Shown here: piece by piece, positions 25,871-37,537 of the stretch
How positions within the stretch are numbered: the first letter of the stretch is position 1
Layout: the number at the start of each line of letters is the position of its first letter
NCBI GenBank assembly: GCA_036172245.1
Contig: JAYWIR010000002.1
Coordinates: forward strand, 930,001-994,000
Source of the DNA: Raillietiella orientalis
Taxonomy: Eukaryota
Reading direction: 5' to 3'
DNA length: 64,000 bases
The notes under the pieces: generated by a model
Seen by the model: only the letters and a program-made list of their open reading frames with translations
Told to the model about the DNA's origin: nothing
Database searches by the model: none
Translations under genes and position numbers: made by a program

Positions 25871-26765
25871 GTCACGGGGCCGCGCCTTCACCGGATCGTC
25901 GTTGCATCACAGGCCTGCCCGCTCCGGGGGCCGAGGGTGAGCAGAAAGGGAGGGGTCCGTCGTCCGTGTAGCTGCCGGCTTCCTCGGGGGCGGGGGGGAA
26001 CGCCTCCCCTCCTGACCAACGCGGAAGAGGAGGGGGATCGCAGGAACATCCGTGGCGCTCTCTCCCGCGCGCGCCCTCTGCCCGCCTCTCCTCCTCTCCT
26101 GAAGACGACGCCGGGGCGCTCCTCTCTCGGCCCTTTCTTTCCTTTTCCTGCCCCTCTTTTTCTAGGGGCGAGAAGAGGACGGAGTCGAAGACAAGGCCCG
26201 CTCTCTGTCCTTCCGATCCTGGGAAGGAGGGGGGCAAGGAAGGGGAAGGCTTCCCGGGCCGGGCGGCAGTGACTGAGGGGCGAGGAGGGAGGAAGGAGGA
26301 GAGGAGGGAGAGGCAGGAGTCGCTGGCGAGGTTGCTGTTGCTTCGTGTCCACCGACGGTCACATGGGAAGCCGGGTGGCAGAGGAGGAGGGGTAGGAGGC
26401 GGCGAGTCCTGGAGCGGCTGCGAAGCACAACGCGGGCAGAGGGCACTGGACCCGTTCCACCACGCACTCGCACTTTTCGAGGGGGCGGGGGTGGAGGGTA
26501 ATGTGGACGGAGGGCCGTGGGGTGGACACGGCCCGAGTCGCACGCTGCTGAGACAGCCCTCCTAACTGGCGGTGCTGCTGCCACTGGCGTTTCCCGCGGG
26601 AGGCACTGAAGCGCGGCTGATGCTGCTGCTGCTGCTCACGGCGCGCGGGGAGCGCACTCCGGCGTCGCGTCTCCGTCGGCAGGCAGCATCTCGACTGATC
26701 CGCCGAGCGCGAGTGTCTGCATCCTATTGCAGAGCGGGCAGGGGGATCGCGGCGTGTCTCCGCGC

Positions 26766-26766
<1 letters not shown>

Positions 26767-26802
<36 letters not shown>
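26767..26802. repeat. (CGG)12 trinucleotide repeat in the cut promoter or 5' leader
   Basis: Read directly from the sequence. Confidence 0.95.
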
Positions 26803-26879
26803 GCAGGCGGGCGGACGGGCGAGCGGGGAGGGGCCCGGAGCAAGGCGGCGGACGCGGCGGTAGAGGAGAAACGCGTGTA

Positions 26880-27220
26880 CCAGGAAGATGAAGGAAAAGG
26901 GAGGATGAGGAGCAGCAGGAGAGGAGGAAGAGGTAGGTAAGGAGGAGAAGGAAGGGAAAAGGGGGAGGAGGAAAAGAAAAAAGGAGGAGGAGGAAGAAAA
27001 AGGGAAGAGAAGGAAAAGGGAAGAGGAGCGAAAGAGGAGGAGGGTGAGGAAGAGGGAGAGGAGAAGGAGGAGGAGGAGGAGGAGGAAGGGGAAGAAGAGG
27101 GGAAGGAGGAGGCGGAGAAGGAAGAGGTAACTCCAAGAAAACGAAGGCGAAGTAAAGGAGACTAGGGGAGAGGGAAGAAGCGAGGAGCAGAAAAGGAGGG
27201 GGGCGGAAGAGAGAGGGAAG
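26880..27220. repeat. Polypurine (GGA/GAA) low-complexity tract
   Basis: 26941-27127 contains only about 3 pyrimidines on the + strand. Confidence 0.9.
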
Positions 27221-27229
27221 CAGCCCCGG

Positions 27230-27350
27230 CTCCCACGATTCGCCCGGTGCTGCCATCTGGGAACCCGAGGTTCGATCGAACGGGTTCCGGCCTCACACTG
27301 AGCCGCGCACAGATTGGTCCAGCGCGGACGGCAAGGGCGGAGCCTGATCG
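27230..27350 (-). promoter_or_regulatory. Candidate core promoter region of cut
   Basis: GC box GGGCGG at 27335-27340, CCAAT at 27313-27317 (minus), Inr-like TCAGTG at 27296-27301 (minus). It sits at a purine/pyrimidine strand switch about 1.4 kb upstream of the ATG. A second Inr, TCAGTC, is at 26693-26698. Neither Inr has a correctly spaced DPE. Confidence 0.35.
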
Positions 27351-30202
27351 GGAGCAGTAACAGGTGAACGATTATCCGGCGGAGACCGCGCGCCCATGCG
27401 CAGAGCCTCTCGGGGAACCGCGGGCGCGCTCTCCGTGCGGCGGGACCCTTCCTGCTCCTCCCCACGCTCCCTTCCCTCCGCCTGCCTTTTTTTTTTCCTT
27501 CTTTTTTCCCTTCCCTTTCCTTCTTTCCCTCTCTTGCGCTCTCCACCCCTCCCGCCGTCCTCGTCTCCCCTCCCTCTCTCCTTCCCCCTTCCTCTCCTTC
27601 TCCCTCCCCTCGCGCTCCCGCCCTTAGCTTCCGTTTCTTTCCTTTCCCCCTGCCTACTCCTTCTCCTCTCCTCTCTTCCTCGGTTCCACTTCTCCTTCCT
27701 CCCACCTGCTCCCGTCCGTGCTTCCATCCCCCCTTCGTTCCCCCTTTTCCTCTCTGCGCGTCCGCCCGCCTCCCTGATTGGAACGTTCGGCGCGCTCTCC
27801 CGGCAGGTACCTCGGTTCGCGGCAGCAGGGGCGACGGAGACGACCCGGACTCTGGGGAATCCTCTGGCAGCTCGCCGTCTCCGAGAGACGTGGCTCACTT
27901 GGTTCCCGGAACGAACCGTTTCGTCCGTTCTTTGCGAGAAAAGAAAAGGGGTGAAAAGAATGGAGGGCGGGAGGGAACTTCCGGGATCGCCGCCGCCCCG
28001 AGAGGATGCGTACGGCAGGAAAGGAAAAAAAAACAAAAAAAACAAAAGGGGGAGACAGGAAGGGGGAGAGCAGTGGGGGGAGGGTAGGGAGGAGGGAAAA
28101 GAGGGAGGAGGTTCGCCCCAGCGCAGCAACCCTTTCTCGTCAGCCCCGCCCCGACCCCGCGCTTTTCCCCTTTCGGGACGACCCCTTCGAAGGGAGCGGA
28201 GCCCGGCCGCGCCAACCAGCAGGCCCGGAAGCGCGCCCGGGCGACGCTGCGCACGCAGCCGCATCGGCCCTTCCGCTTGGGGCACGCCGCGCAACCTCTT
28301 CTTACCCGTCCCCGTCCTCCCAAACAAAGAAGGAGCCACTCTCTCTCTCTGGGGAGCTTCTTTCGCGCCAAAGTACAAGGAAAACGGGAGGGAGCATCCC
28401 TTTGGACTCTCCTCCCCCTTTCCTGCTCCGGGATTCATTCCTTTCCGAAGGCTCTGCTGCAACTCGGAGGCGAATGGCAGGTGGGGCTCTTCTCCTTGAG
28501 AGCTCCCGATCTGGACCCGGAAACGGGAACTTCCGCACGGTACGCCGTCTCGGAAACGGCGACATACCCACCCCTTCGTGCCCTCCGCCCTTCCCGAGCT
28601 CCACTTGTTCCCTCCGGAAGGGGAAAGAAGGCAGGTCGAGCGCGGGTGGCAGAGGTGCCGCCCGGATCCGTGCCACGAACAGCCCTTTCGCCTCTTCCTC
28701 CCTAGAGCATCGAGTCCTCGCTCCCGGCAGCTGGGATGGGTTTCTGAGAGTTTTTGGATGTCCTCAGGCGTCTTCTTTCCTTCTTTCTCGACCCCCCCTC
28801 CTGCCACCGCCCGTTCCACTCCTTTCATTCTCCACCACCGAACGCCCCCTCCGCGTCCACGGTCCCCCAGACTCCTTTCGTAGAATTCGCCGCGTTCCGC
28901 TTTCTGAGCAGCGGGTGGAGGAGGACTCACTGCAGTCCACTTCTCCCCTCCATCCTCTCTTGCACCTCATGACCGTTCCGAAGTGTCCCTGTGGTCCGAG
29001 GAGGTCCTCCGAGGAAGGAGGGGCGAGGAAGCACCCTCCTTCCTCGGAGACTTCCAGGGAAGGTCGCCGACAAGGGGGAAACTGGACCGCATCTCCGTGT
29101 CCTGCAGATTCATTCCGCCAGCAGCAACCCGAGGTCCCTAGAAGAGGAGCGGAAGGGATACCAACTCATCCTGTCTTCTTCCTCTCCTGGTGGTCCCTCC
29201 AGGGTCCGAAGAGAAAAAGGATTCTGAGGGTTGCGTTTTTCCTGACATCGCAGAGGTCTTTCCAGTCGCGTCTTGCCAGGGTGGAAGAGGACTGATATTC
29301 CAGCTTCCAGCAGGGACTTCCAAGGGGTTCGGCCACCGTGTTTCAGGGACGGAAAACATAGATCGGGAGAGGGGTGGGAGGGTGAGTGCTGCGTAGATTG
29401 ATCCGGCGCTTCCCGCGGGCCGCGCGGCGCTCAGATCCGAGGCCATTCGGGTCAGGGGAAGGATGGCGCAGCGCACGCACTCTTTCTCCCTGCTCCGGGG
29501 TTCGCCATCACGGACGCCGAGGGAAGAGGAAGAAAGGGAGGAAGGCAAAATCGTCTTAGGGGGGGAGCTGCTCGACTGACTTGAGCTGCTCGACTCGGAG
29601 GAGTCCGGGAGGAGGACGCGCATTCGCTTCACGAGGAGGGAACATCCCGGCGGTCGCTCCGCGGCAGCTCCCACTCGCTCCGGTGGAGGTCTGCAAAAAG
29701 AGTTAACCTTGGCTTCCTTGAGGGTCCTCTCCCATCAGGCCACTCGTGAAGGGGTTTCGATACTGGCTCTGTAGCAAGGGATCTCCTCTAGGAGCACCTG
29801 AGAGGCTCCAGAACCTTCACAGGTGTCATCGCAGCACAAGAAAATCCACAAATTTCGATCCTTTGAAGCGTCGGAGGGGGAAGGGAAGAAGAGAAGATGA
29901 GGAAGAGGAGGTAGATTTTCAGAAGGTTCCTAGTCTTAGCGGAAACCAATCAAGGCGGGGTTTCGACTGCTCCACCGCTCCCAGACCTGCTCCCTAGACA
30001 GACTGCCCATGCGTCCCGGAATCGACGGACGGGAACGCGTGAACGGCCATGCTACTTTCCGCTGTTGTCCTCCCCTTCCTCTCCTTTCCTCTGCGCGCGG
30101 AGCAATTAATCTCCGATTTTCGATAGGAGTCTCCCTCTCTGATGGGACGGCGCGTTTCCTTGACTACCGGTTTTCGCATCCTCCTCTCTCTCCGTCTTCC
30201 TC

Positions 30203-30205
<3 letters not shown>

Positions 30206-30247
<42 letters not shown>
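30206..30247. repeat. (AG)21 microsatellite
   Basis: Read directly from the sequence. Confidence 0.95.
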
Positions 30248-30249
<2 letters not shown>

Positions 30250-31060
30250 GACCAGAGCGGCGTCGCTCTTTCCCTGCTTTCGGCCGGACGTGCGGGGGCC
30301 CTCGCTTGCTCGGAGGCGCACGAGCGCGCACGTACGCGGTGCGCCCCACGCCCCGGCAGTGCGCAAACTCAAAGTGCGAGCCTCCCGTGCGCTCCTCCGC
30401 ACGCCCGCTCCGCCGCAGATGCGCGTCCGAGCCGGCCGCCGCCGCACGGCTCGAGAAGGCTTTGCAGGATGTCGTCGGCGCCGGGCAACGGCTCCGCGCC
30501 CCTGTGCTCTTCGTCTCCGCTCCCTTCCTCCGGTGCTTCCTCCGGACGCGAGTCCTTCCTCGATCTTCCCCTCCCCCAGCTTCTCCTCCGCCTGCCTCCC
30601 CTCTCCCCCATTTCATGGCTTCCGTTCAGCCCTCCCGCGCTCTCCTCGTTGGCCACGTCCCCCCGCGTGCGCGCGCCTGTCCGGCCGGGGAGTGACGAGG
30701 TTCTATTTAAAGACGCCATCCGGCTGTCATTAGGACGGAAGGAGGAGTATGCTGCATCTGCCAAGCCGCCTGCACCGTCCTCCCAGATAATAAAGTGGGA
30801 GCCACAAATTACGCGTGCCGCGTTCGCGCACGGAGAAGACTCCGAGAACCGGTTCGGTCCGGGAAGCTGCGGCGGAGCGGAGCTTAAAAATAGATGTTTA
30901 TCTTTTATCAGTTGTGATCCAGATCAAAGGAGATTTGTATTAATGGGGACATTTGTCTTCGCTCCCGGTTGCTCAAGTCCCGCAAAGAGATCTGCGGCCC
31001 CATTCCTCCGAGTTTCTTGCTTCCTGAGGATAGAGTGGGGAAGCGCTCCCGTCCTCCCTT

Positions 31061-31117
31061 TCCTCCTCCTCCTCCTCCTCCTCCTCCTCCTCCTCCTCCT
31101 CCTCCTCCTCCTCCTCC
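31061..31117. repeat. (TCC)19 microsatellite
   Basis: Read directly from the sequence. Confidence 0.95.
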
Positions 31118-34100
31118 CCCCTTCCCCTTCCACCCACTTCCTCCCTCCACCTCCGTTCCCGGCGTGGTTCGGGTCTCCAGGAACACTGCCATCCGAGAAG
31201 ACGAAGAGGCTCGACGAGTGATCCGGTGATTGCGAGGAGCTTCTCCTGCATGCTCGACTGCAGCTCGAGGAACGGGAGGAGGTGGGGCAGGAGGGGAACC
31301 TTCCCGGAAGCCCTGCCTCCAGGTCCCGGCCGCTGCAGCGCACGCTCGGGCATCTCCCACCTGGAGGAAGAAAGATCCCTCCGGATCGCGCCTCCGTTCT
31401 CCCTCCCCACCCGACCGAAGCCCTCCGTCTCCACATCCGCTGCAGCTCTCCAGCGCCACCAACGTTCCGGGCACGCGGCTGCTGCCGCTCGCTGTGGTCA
31501 CATGACCTCCGTGCGCCTCTCCCGAGCTCGCGGCTCTCCACTGCTCCGGAACAGATGCCTCTCTGTGGAGGGATGCGCCTTGCTGCCGCGTTTCCAGGAA
31601 AGCGCAGAGGAGGAATCGAAGGGATGAGTCGTCCCCAGCGAGAGGAGGATCCTCTCTGGAGACATCCACTTCCTGAGAGCCGACGCTTCCCCTCCGCGAC
31701 GCGCGAGGGATGGTCGGGAACCCGGGCACCTACATCCGGCCGCAGACATGGCGAAGAGGCACACCTGTGGAAGCTGCGATGTGATGGACGCCCTCAGACT
31801 CGACTTCTGGAGCAACTTTTCTCTGCGATATGCGACAATTCCTGCTCCGGGAAAGGGAGGGGTGAACGGGAAGGAGCGCTTCGGGGTGTGCTGGAGGCGC
31901 ACATTATGGAACGGGGGGAGGAATAGGGAGAGAATTCTCTCTCGAAGCAATCGCTCTCCCTTTTTTTTTTTTCCTTCCCTTTCTTCCCTTCTCCCGTTTC
32001 AGCAGCCACTTCTTCCTGATCCTCCTCCTCCTGGTAGGCACCCCTCCTCATCCCCGCGTAGCGACCGATCGCGCGCCTTCCCGAAAGGGGTCTTCCACCG
32101 CAAGAAACGGAAGACACGGGAGATCCTCATCCAGGGCAAAATCCCACGCTGCGTGCTACCCGACCCCTCGACAGGAATCGATAAATCAAGTCGCACCGGA
32201 GGGAGAGGACATCCCGGCAAGCTCCTCTCCTCTGCGAATCCAGCATCCACCGGAGCGGTGGCGTGCACACCACGCCGTGCGCGCGCAGGGGAAGGAGAGG
32301 CGCGAGGCAGCCTCCGGAGTGGGCTGGATCATCACCGGTTGGCCGCCGCCCCTGCTGACGAAAAGCTGGCGGCGTGCAGGGATTTTCGGTGTCTGGGGGA
32401 GGGGCGGGGGGGAGCATTCTCTCGGACGCCAGTCTCTCTCGTGAGTGCGAGAGAGACGGGAGGAGGAGGAGGTGGCCAGGCAACGAAGGCCTCGGCTGCG
32501 GTGCCGTGCCAACCGGTGCTCTCGCGCGTCCCAAGCGCCGCCTCTTCCCAGGTGGAAGGCAGTCCCTGTGGGTTCTGCCTCGGAAGAAGTCCTGGAAATA
32601 CGGAGTTTCGGAAGTGGCTGTCGGTTCGTGGAGCGCGTGCCTCCCCGCGAGCCGCCCCCAACAGCTGCTGGAGACCCGGCCGCTGCCGGCACTGCTTCTG
32701 GTTTCCTCTTTATCACCGACAGGCATCTCGCTCCGAGCGCCATCGTTCTCCGTGGAGCATCCGCTGGCGAGACCCCTTATCAGCCGCTTCCGCACGACCC
32801 CTGGCGCTTTCCGTTCCGGCCTTTTTGTATCTCTGCCAGCTTCCTCGAGCGCTGGACCGGCTCGGAGCGAGTCTGCTCTCATGGTGGGTCGGTATCTGCG
32901 CTCCGCGCGGCCCGATCCCCGGATGCGTGAGACGGGGAAAGGAGGGAGCGGCAGACGTAAAGAGGCTGCGCAGGACGATGATCGTTCCCTTCCCCACCAG
33001 TCCCGCTTCCTCTTTCCCGAAAGCGAGGGACGACGTGTAACAAAACCTTACAACCCCATACCCTTTGCTGACGACTGGACAGGGCGGAGAACCAAAATGC
33101 CCAGATCATCTTCACCCGACTCTCCTGAATCCCGCGGCATCCTGTCTCAGGAAGCCGAAGAAGAGACTTCGAGGGTCTCCCCTTAGCGTGGCGACCTGCT
33201 TCCCTACCCTCCCTGCTTCCCTAACGGATAGCGTCTTGTTCTCGGTGCGTGTAGCTGGTGCGGCAGCAGGGCAGATCCTGCTGCTCGTGTCGCAGGAAGT
33301 GCTGCAGTCTCCCGCTGTTCCAAAAAGGAGACCCACCTTTCCCTCCCGAACTATGGGTCTCTCTTGGCGAGCCGGGTGCACCCAGCGCTGGTTCCCCACG
33401 ATGGGGGACACGGAAGCGACGGCGGAAAGAGAGGAAAGCCGGCCGTGAGAAATGGGACGGCCTCTTTTGGCCCACGAAGGAGAGCAGCGGGAGGGCAGGA
33501 GTGGAATGGCGGGGTGGACTGCGTACCGTGGATTCTTCGGTGTGACCAGCCGGATACCCGCGTTTGGTCCTCACGGTGAGCTTCCACACCCGGGAGGATA
33601 CGATTCTCCGCGCCTTGCAGACGGGAAGGTCACTTCCTTCCGGAGGGCGAACTCGAGGATGGGACTCCTCCTTTCGGCGAAGAAAAGAGCAGGGCAGGCT
33701 GCCTCCAGGCGTGGGGGAGGGGGAGTCTGTGCGTTTCGTGTGCAGTGGAGCGTCCAGTGCCGCCCTCTCCCGCCGCCAGAGCAACCACCGATCTCCGCGG
33801 GGGAGTGCGGATGCTCGCCGCTCGAGAGCGGCGACCGACCCGTGCAGCGGCCCGTTAAGCCGTAGGAACAGGAAGGGAGGAATCCTCGGGAGAACCGCTG
33901 GGAGGACGCGGCCGCGCTTCCTCCATAGATGCACTCCTTCAGGGTACATCAGTGGCCTCGGACGGGCCCGGCTACGGGTCGTAGCATCCTCGCAGGGATC
34001 ATCAATCCGAGAAGAAGAAACAAAGGGGTCCTGGCGCCGCTGTTCGCCGGGAGGGAGAGGGAGGAAGAGGGATTTTTTCCCGAAATTTCGTCTCTCCATG

Positions 34101-34852
34101 GGGCGACTGCTCGTATCTCGCGAACGGAGACGCGCGCGAGGCGAGAGCGAAGGACGGGAAGAGCAGGCGAGAAGTTCGCACCGCAGCGTCCGCGCGGAGC
34201 GCAGGCGCGCCCCGCCGCAGGGGCTTCGGGTTTTCGCTTTCGGGGGTTTCATGGAGCCGGCTGTGAGGCATCCTCCGCATCCTCTTTCCCTCTCTCCCTC
34301 CCCGAGCAACTGTCCGTCGTAGGCGGCGTCGGCATTCCTCGGCCGACGAAGAGGGACCGAGACGAAGTGGGGGAGGGAGGGGTGCTCAGGGAGGGAGAAG
34401 AACGTTCTCCCCATACCCCCCCTTCCCCTCTGCCCAGCGATAGAGACGGGCCCGTCTCGGTGAGGAAGAGCAAAGAAGCGTTCCCCTGCGGAGGATGCGG
34501 CAGGAATGCTTTCTCCCCCACCCCTTCCCCCTTTCCCCCGACGGGAAAGGGGGACGCATGTTTGAGGTGCGCCTCCTCCTCGACGACGACGCGACGCCGT
34601 CTTCCGGTAGCTCTCTGTCGCCGCGGAAGGCGCAGCAGCGCTCTTTGTAGTACCCTCGCGCGCGCCTGCTGCCGCCGCCGCCGCCGCTCCACGTCTACCC
34701 GCCTCAAAGCGCCGGTCTTCTGCAAGAACCGCGAATCAAACGCTGGCGAGTTTTCGTGCGCCCCGATTCGCAGCCACCGGTACTTGCTGACGCCGTGCTG
34801 TCACCGAGCAACGGAAACCTCGATCGCACGGCGCTGGAGAAGGAGGGAGGTA

Positions 34853-34879
34853 GGAGGAGGAGGAGGAGGAGGAGGAGGA
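34853..34879. repeat. (GGA)n microsatellite
   Basis: Read directly from the sequence. Confidence 0.9.
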
Positions 34880-37537
34880 AAAGAGGGGGGGGGGGAGGGG
34901 ATGGAGAGAAAAACAAAACAAAACAAAACAAAACAAAGAACGAAAAAGAAGAAGAGAACGGAAAGGCAGCGTGCCGGCGAAAAGAAATCTCCGCGGATTA
35001 GCTCGGCGATGCGCTCCTCTGCAGCGGAGAGCTCCCTTTCGCGCCCGGATGCCGGAGAGAGGCCGAGAAGGCGCGCTGCCTGCCCTCTGCCTGCGCGTCA
35101 AGCGCCTCCGCACGCTGCTTCCCTGCTGCTGCTGCCATCCTCCCGTCTGGAAAGTTGCTCCTCCTCTCTTGCAGCCGCCGCCGCCGCTCCTGCTTGGCCA
35201 TCCGACCCTTCCCTCTCTCCCTTACGTGCTCCCCTTCGCCTGTTTGTTCGAGGTTTTCGCTTTCTCCTTTGGTGGGACCGTCGGGAAGACCGAACGGAAG
35301 AGCCGCCGTCCTCGGAAGAGGCAGGATACCAAGCGGAAAGCAGCTTTTCCCGAAGCCAAGGGGAATCAGAGGAACCGGGAAGAAGCGCATCCAGGAGACG
35401 GACGGGCGAAAGAAGGAGGCAGCAGAAAACCTAATAATAACTCGAATTCCTTTCTGTCCCGTCGTAATCATTGAAATTTTCCTCCCCGTTCCCCGGAGCA
35501 AGAACGAGACAGATGGGCAAAGACGAATGGGTCCAGGGAATCCGGAGGAATCGCACCGCAGCCCTCGTGAGATCTTCCCGCTCGGCGGCATCCTCTCGCG
35601 GCTGCTTTGACGGGGGGGCTTGCGCCCATGCGAGCGAGAATCTCTGGTCCCGATTATTCCTGGCTCACGAAAGGAGCTGGAGAGCTCACAGGGACGAGGA
35701 CAAAAAGGGAAGAGGTCCTAGGTCGAATTGCAACAGTGGCGCGTCCTTCCAGGGCTGAGGAGAAGGGGCGACTCGAGGTTCCGGGCGAAAGCGCGGCGGC
35801 GGGTCCGAGAGCTGCCACCCGGAATCGCCTCGTTGGTCCGGGATGAGGCGCCCTGGTGAGTATGGCGGCGAACGAACTCCTGGTGGGAGGGAGGGACGCG
35901 TGGAGACGGAATCCGCTGGTTTCAGAAGGGACTTCGGACGGGAGGCGGCGTGCCGCTGGTGCAACCTCGACGGGGAGGAGTGGAGATGCCGCATGCCCCC
36001 GCAGCCCGGGGACTCGGAGATCGGGATGTGCGCGAACGGAAGGAGCTACGAAGGCACGTGGCCTGGGCGCGGTTTGGGGGGACGCCACACCGTGTCGGGG
36101 GGGCAGCTCGTTCCAGGGCGCAGCCCTCGTGTTCCTGTCCCCAGCTTGCGGAGACGCCCGTGAGGCGGCTGTCGACGGCGGCGCCGTGACGGTGGGCGAA
36201 GACAACTCGGAGGCGCCGGAGAGGAGTCCGCTATCGAAGTCCCGCACGGTGGCCTCGCGGCCTCCGCGCTTCCCACTCCGCCAGGCGGTGGTGTGACGGA
36301 GAGACAGAGTGGTACTCGCTGCTGATCTCGGAGCGCGAAACGGCTGCGCAAGCGATGGGAAAGAAGAATTCGCCCTGCAGCTCTGTCTTCACCTCTGCGC
36401 GGCAGCGTCGACGTTAGAAAGACGGGGATGACCCAAGGAGAAGGGTGGAGCGAAGGCTTCGCCAGACTCGTGCCTATTGAGAACGAAGGGAAGGGAGGAT
36501 GCCTACATCTCCTCGAGGACATGGACCGTGGCATCCCCGAGAAGGGAAAGCAGTCCGGGACATACCTGCCCACGTGACAGCAGTCCTATAGGAGCTTTGG
36601 GTCACGAGCAAGGGAAGTTCTCCCCTACTCTGAAGATCTTGATCTTTGCATCCATCAGAGGGAAACTCCACTCCGAAAACTTGTCAGCCTCGCGCCATTC
36701 CAGAACATTCGGGATCGAAACCCTCTCTCCCTCTCTCCTGAGGCAGCAGTGCCTGGAGGCAGACGCTGCCACGATTCTGCCTGTCTCCGTGGCGGCAGCT
36801 CAGCTGAGGAAGGTCCGCCCTTGTTTTCTTCAGCACGTGTGTGCGGTCTCGGTGAATATGGGACCATCTAGAACAAGAAGACCCGGAGCAGAGAGGTGAG
36901 GATGGCGCCTTCGGAACGTGCGACGCCAGAGGTCAAGGTTCCAGGATCTCCGCCTGAACCTCCCTCTCTCGCAGGAGAGGGGGAGGTAACAGTCTGAAGA
37001 GGCACACGCTGCGGAAGGGGATCGGACCCCCGGGCTACGCTCGCGCTCTTACCGCTTCTGTTCGTCACCGACGCCGCATCCGCACCGCGAATCATTCACG
37101 TCTCGTCTCTCCCTCGAGCTCGAATGCGCCTCGAGTTCGGAACGGATCCAGCGAGAATGCTGATGCTCTCACTTCCGGTTTCCGGGGGAATCAACGTACA
37201 CTCCCGTGTCGGTCGCCCGGTGATCGGATCCCCCCCCCCCTCCTTCCTTCCCTTCCCGCTTCGATGCTGTTCTAGGGATCGGGAAGAAGAAGCGGCTCAC
37301 GTCCCTGCGTCGCGGACGATCCCGCGCTCCCCCTCTTTTCGAAAGAAGGAAACGCAACGTACACCAACACACGAACACGCGCGGGAACATACACGTCTTA
37401 GCCCGTTATTTATGGAGGAACGAGATTTTCCGATCCCGTTGCCTCCAAGTGCAAGTTCCAGGCGAACGGATCCTCTGCCGTACACAATTCTTTTGGATCT
37501 CGTTTTAATAAAGCATCTCATTAATCACAAACATGAG

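Noticed and set aside
26359..29295. Long ORFs of 448, 545, 367 and 429 aa
   Set aside because: These translate purine or pyrimidine low-complexity tracts on both strands and show no protein signature.
34698..34833. Possible exon after a strong polypyrimidine/cag acceptor
   Set aside because: All three frames are closed, and the pyrimidine tract is simply a (CCT)n microsatellite.
30142..35434. Long ORFs of 359, 430, 397 and 501 aa
   Set aside because: They run through microsatellites and poly-A tracts, overlap on opposite strands and show no recognisable homology.
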